NCBI GenBank assembly: GCA_900765095.1
Contig: CAAFRB010000022.1
Coordinates: 9,109-73,108, forward strand
Direction of reading: 5' to 3'
Source of the DNA: Clostridia bacterium
GTDB taxonomy: Bacteria > Bacillota > Clostridia > TANB77 > UBA1234
Length of the DNA: 64,000 bases
Made by a program: the position numbers and the translations under genes
Shown: positions 60,299 through 64,000 of the stretch, one piece after another
How positions within the stretch are numbered: the stretch's first letter is position 1
How the letters are laid out: the number at the start of each line of letters is the position of its first letter
The notes under the pieces: model-generated
What the model saw: the letters and a program-made list of their open reading frames with translations, nothing else
Databases searched by the model: none
Told to the model about the DNA's origin: nothing

Positions 60299-61576
60299 TT
60301 ACTTATTTACAATTACAGCTCTATAATGATATCTAGCTGTTGAACTTACAGATGTAAAATCAAAATACCCAGACTTTAACAATCTTACAACATATGGCTT
60401 TTCTGCAGTTGGATAATCAGCAGTTAATCTCTCCCAGTTAGTTTCAACCATTGCATCTCCAACTCTATTTTTTATACCTGTATCAGATGTTGAATCTGTT
60501 TCGTACAAATCTATATATTTCATGCCATTCAAACTAGCACTAGAACCTTTGATTCCTGCAGCAACTAGCTCGTTTTCACTTGTGAAATCAATCTGATTTA
60601 AAGCATTCTTTGCAAACATTAAATATAGAGTGGCAGAATATTCCGAATTGGTCATCAAATGACTTTCGACATTATCATTTTCTGGAATCCAATCTATTGT
60701 TTCTATAGCAGCATTGCCTATATTTTCTACCAATTTTGATGTATTCATTGAAACCCATATTCCTGGTAGTTCAACGCCATTAAATGAAAATGCAGGATGT
60801 ATTACATATCCGTCCGGAAGTACTTCATTGTTAACCATGTAATTCGTATTTTCTCTCAAGAAAGCAATCTTTATTGCTGATGCTGGCACTTCTGTGTTTA
60901 CCTTTTCAGGATTGTTATATCCATTGTAATACTCTTGAATAGAGTATGCATATCTTGGTATCCATACATAAGTTTCATCTTCATCTGTCACACTACCATT
61001 TTCGTTGGTGTCATACTTCATCTTTGCAAAGAATGGTGCGGTATCACCATAATTATACCAATTGTCTTCATATACATCATTAACTAAAGTTTCACCATCT
61101 ATAGCTAAAGGATACATATTCTTATATATCAAAGGTCTATTCACACCTTTTTCCTCATCAAAAGAAACTTCTATAATATTCTTTTCTAGTACTTTAGTAA
61201 CCGTGAAATTTGTGTTAGCATACACGTTATTTTTATTATCGTACATTCTTAAAGTATATATATTTTCTACTTTAGAAGTAGAATTATTGACCTCTTTAGT
61301 TAAATAAATTGGATATTTTTCATCATAATAACTTTCTAAATCCAACTTTTTCAACTCCTCATAATCCAATTGCACAGCTTGTTCAGCTTCTACATCTAAT
61401 AATTCATCATTTCTTCTAATTGCATTACAAATAACGTCCAATTTATCAACTGCACTTTTCTTCCTAGCACTTGATATCGCACCAATGCCTGTATATGTGG
61501 TAATAGATGTTATAATAATTATTGCCACTACAGTAACAACCAATGATATCACTGATATACCTTTAGAATTTTTCAT
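60299..61576 (-). CDS. type IV pilin-like N-terminus fused to a ~390-aa extracytoplasmic domain of unknown function
   Basis: MKNSKG|ISVISLVVTVVAIIIIT parallels the prepilin consensus KG|FTLIELLVV, but Ser replaces Glu at +5. The gene lies 12 nt upstream of the acyl-CoA synthetase gene. Confidence 0.5.
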   Translation of the reverse strand: MKNSKGISVISLVVTVVAIIIITSITTYTGIGAISSARKKSAVDKLDVICNAIRRNDELLDVEAEQAVQLDYEELKKLDLESYYDEKYPIYLTKEVNNSTSKVENIYTLRMYDNKNNVYANTNFTVTKVLEKNIIEVSFDEEKGVNRPLIYKNMYPLAIDGETLVNDVYEDNWYNYGDTAPFFAKMKYDTNENGSVTDEDETYVWIPRYAYSIQEYYNGYNNPEKVNTEVPASAIKIAFLRENTNYMVNNEVLPDGYVIHPAFSFNGVELPGIWVSMNTSKLVENIGNAAIETIDWIPENDNVESHLMTNSEYSATLYLMFAKNALNQIDFTSENELVAAGIKGSSASLNGMKYIDLYETDSTSDTGIKNRVGDAMVETNWERLTADYPTAEKPYVVRLLKSGYFDFTSVSSTARYHYRAVIVNK

Positions 61577-61740
61577 ATATTTCCCTCCGTTTGTATAGCA
61601 TCATTCTCTCTTATATTATATATTATTAACTCTATTTTTCAAACAAAATCTTAACAACAAAAAGAAAAAATTTCCAATATATTTTTTTCAGAAATGTTTA
61701 AAATAATATTGTAACAAATTTTAAAAATGGAGTGATTTTT

Positions 61741-61899
61741 ATGGCTAAAATTAGTTGTTCGGTTTGTAGTTGTGCTTACAACTCGCCAGACAAAAATGAA
61801 TGTACTTTAAAAACTATACAAGTTTGTCCTTGTAAGAATTGTAAAACAGGTTCACCGGAGGATGAAACTTGTTGTAGCTCTTACCTAGAAACGCACTAG
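61741..61899 (+). CDS. DUF1540-family small Cys-rich protein (52 aa, below the ORF-track cutoff)
   Basis: Hand translation gives MAKISCSVCSCAYNSPDKNECTLKTIQVCPCKNCKTGSPEDETCCSSYLETH. RBS GGAG lies 8 nt upstream. Confidence 0.6.
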   Translation: MAKISCSVCSCAYNSPDKNECTLKTIQVCPCKNCKTGSPEDETCCSSYLETH

Positions 61900-61926
61900 T
61901 ATAAGGAAATCTAATATTAAATTAAA

Positions 61927-61970
61927 ATAACCACTAGCAAAATCCATTTTAAATTTTTGCCAGTGGTTAT
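61927..61970 (+). terminator. hairpin after the DUF1540 gene
   Basis: ataaccactagc-(20 nt)-gccagtggttat (one mismatch), followed by tattcttt. Confidence 0.4.
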
Positions 61971-61975
61971 TATTC

Positions 61976-62129
61976 TTTATACAATAGGAAAGTAACAAAT
62001 TTGCAACCTTTTATGTACTAATCTTCTTTCCTATTGTATAAAAACTTTAATTTATGCGAGAGATTTTCTTCCTTTCAGTCGAAAACTCTCGAGGGTCGAA
62101 AGAATGAAAATCGAAGATTTTCATCTTTC
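61976..62129 (-). repeat. intergenic multi-hairpin repeat (modules B-D), inverted orientation
   Basis: The reverse complement aligns with 18284-18440 and includes gaaagatgaaaatcttcgattttcattctttc and the tatacaatagg hairpin. Confidence 0.85.
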
Positions 62130-62144
62130 TTGTGCAGAAAATTT

Positions 62145-63383
62145 TCAATCTTTCTTGTTATAATAGTTATTATATAATTCAATTGCTGTTGCTGGACTAT
62201 CAACACCTTCTTTATTCTTTATAGGTGCAAAATTTTCTTCTCTTTTTACGCTTAAGGCAAGCATATCATCCGCCATTTCAAACCCATCAAATATAAACAT
62301 CTCAAATTTATAAGTGTTAGGTTCATCCGATGTTATATAATTTCCATTTTTATCAATATACGAATTCTTTTTGCGTGCAGGTCTATAAGCCAAATCTTTA
62401 ACGATTTTATTAAGTAGGTCTCTCTTAAACATTACGAAACCAAAATATGCTTCACCAAATTTCAAATTTCCTTCTTTATCACGCATGTTAGCCATATCTT
62501 CAGAAATCTCTGTATATTCCACTACTCCTGGTTTTCCGTCCATTTTGCATATTACTCCAACACGTTCTTCTGGCGAAACTTTAGTAACTGTTTTTACAGC
62601 AAGCTCTTTATTTTTCAAATCCATCATACCAATGAATGTTGGTTCAAGCATATCCATAAGAATATTGTCAACATTTCCTATAGCAAGATAATCTATTTGT
62701 TTATCTTCCATTTCTTTTAGTATATTTTCTCTGTGCAAAGCCTCATAAATACCGCCATTTCCATTAGCAGCCATAAATATTTTTGATTCATTTGCAAATA
62801 TAAAGTTACCATCATAGTCAAGCAATGGCAATTCTCTTTGCATGAAGAATCTTATATTTTCTTTTCCATACTCGAAGTAATTGTGTTGCTTAAAAAACTT
62901 AACTGTTTCAGCATTATTTCCCCTGCTTGTCATTATGTACCAAGGAATACTAACATTATATTTTTTACAAGACTCTTTTAATTTATCTGCAAATATTTCA
63001 AATATTGTTTTAGGCTCTTTTAAATTCACTAAAAAAGTGCCTTTAGGTCCATTATACCCAAGTCTTGTTCCTTGTCCTCCAGCCATTTGGCATACTGCAA
63101 CTTTATTATTCTTTAAAAGTTCCTCTCCACGTTTATAATACTTTTCCCTTTCTGCTTGTGGTATTTTCTCTAGTATTTCGTGAGATATATTTTCTATCTT
63201 TTTATTTTTAATTGGTGGAACATTTCTAGAATTATATAGCTCCTTCATTAATTTAAAGTCTATATGCTCTATCTGTTTAAATAAGTCTTCTTTTTCTTTT
63301 TCAGATAATTCATCATAAAATCTTAAAAGATACTCTGCATCTTCTTTTCTAAGATATTCTTTCATTTCCTCAAGGCTTTTCAT
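62145..63383 (-). CDS. UDPGP-family (UAP1-like) UDP-sugar/UDP-N-acetylhexosamine pyrophosphorylase
   Basis: The nucleotide-binding loop MAGGQGTRLGYNGPKG and the overall ~410-aa layout are typical of the eukaryote-type UDPGP family. Confidence 0.7.
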   Translation of the reverse strand: MKSLEEMKEYLRKEDAEYLLRFYDELSEKEKEDLFKQIEHIDFKLMKELYNSRNVPPIKNKKIENISHEILEKIPQAEREKYYKRGEELLKNNKVAVCQMAGGQGTRLGYNGPKGTFLVNLKEPKTIFEIFADKLKESCKKYNVSIPWYIMTSRGNNAETVKFFKQHNYFEYGKENIRFFMQRELPLLDYDGNFIFANESKIFMAANGNGGIYEALHRENILKEMEDKQIDYLAIGNVDNILMDMLEPTFIGMMDLKNKELAVKTVTKVSPEERVGVICKMDGKPGVVEYTEISEDMANMRDKEGNLKFGEAYFGFVMFKRDLLNKIVKDLAYRPARKKNSYIDKNGNYITSDEPNTYKFEMFIFDGFEMADDMLALSVKREENFAPIKNKEGVDSPATAIELYNNYYNKKD

Positions 63384-63454
63384 ATAAATATCATCCTTTC
63401 ACTTAGCAATTAACTAAAATCACATTTTCCATTTTGTCTTAATTTAAAATCTAT

Positions 63455-64000
63455 TTACATCTTTTCTGGAGTAGAAATTCCAAGTAATGCTAAGCCACTT
63501 TTTATAGTAGTACCAACACATTTAGTAAGTGCAAGTCTAGCTTTTTTCGTTTCTTCATCATCACAAATTATTTGATGCTCATTGTAAAATCTACTAAAGC
63601 TGTGTGCCAAATCTATTAAGTATCTTGCTATAATAGATGGTTCGTTTTTATTAGTTGCACTTATTACAATATCAGTATATTCAGAAAGTCTTTTTACAAC
63701 ATCAATTGCTTCAGAATCAAGTAATTTTGAAAAGTCAATGTCTTTGTCATCAATATCTTTAACACCTGCATTCCTTAATATGCTTTGTGTTCTAACATAA
63801 GTATATTGCATGTATGGACCAGTCTCACCATTAAAATTCAATAATTGATTCCAGTCAAATATCTCATCTTTTATTCTGTTATTTGATAAATCATTAAATA
63901 TAATTGCACCAACCCCAACCATTTTTGCGACTTCTTCTTTATTTTCTAGCGTTGGATTTTTTTCCTCAATTATTTTTTGTGATTTATCAATAGCTTCATC
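63455..64000 (-). CDS. argS: arginine--tRNA ligase, C-terminal part (gene continues past the window end)
   Basis: DALR anticodon-binding domain ending …LALLGISTPEKM. The frame remains open to position 64000. Confidence 0.85.
   Translation of the reverse strand, partial: DEAIDKSQKIIEEKNPTLENKEEVAKMVGVGAIIFNDLSNNRIKDEIFDWNQLLNFNGETGPYMQYTYVRTQSILRNAGVKDIDDKDIDFSKLLDSEAIDVVKRLSEYTDIVISATNKNEPSIIARYLIDLAHSFSRFYNEHQIICDDEETKKARLALTKCVGTTIKSGLALLGISTPEKM

Overview
AT-rich (about 30% G+C by eye) chromosomal segment of a monoderm Bacillota organism, Clostridia-like (SpoVG, AddAB, DUF1540, SLH domains). Most genes lie on the minus strand. The backbone is core housekeeping: hisS, dinB, tgt, queA, typA, rpsA, plsC, cmk, spoVG, murC, mreB, addA/addB, scpB, rlmB, lepA, argS. 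Accessory modules interrupt it. (1) A Tad/archaeal-like type IV filament operon at 1-8437 has two tandem atypical ~130-aa pilin-like genes, a membrane-anchored CpaF-like ATPase and two P-loop-degenerate ParA-like proteins. (2) A TetR-MMPL-exported coiled-coil protein operon. (3) An ECF sigma/anti-sigma/secreted-protein module lies next to a ~770-bp ORF-free region with a long-range inverted repeat. (4) A ~3.9-kb higher-G+C island of three ankyrin-repeat genes is wedged between plsC and rpsA. It forms two units that share a duplicated canonical promoter, a uORF-containing leader and a terminator. (5) A stand-alone 3xSLH protein sits upstream of a 1826-aa secreted giant protein with an N-terminal His/Cys repeat array. 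(6) A multi-hairpin intergenic repeat family recurs across the window, and a ~200-bp tandem duplication separates addB from addA. I recognised no rRNA, tRNA, CRISPR array, transposase or integrase. All calls rest on reading the translated ORFs and the DNA by eye; no database search was run.
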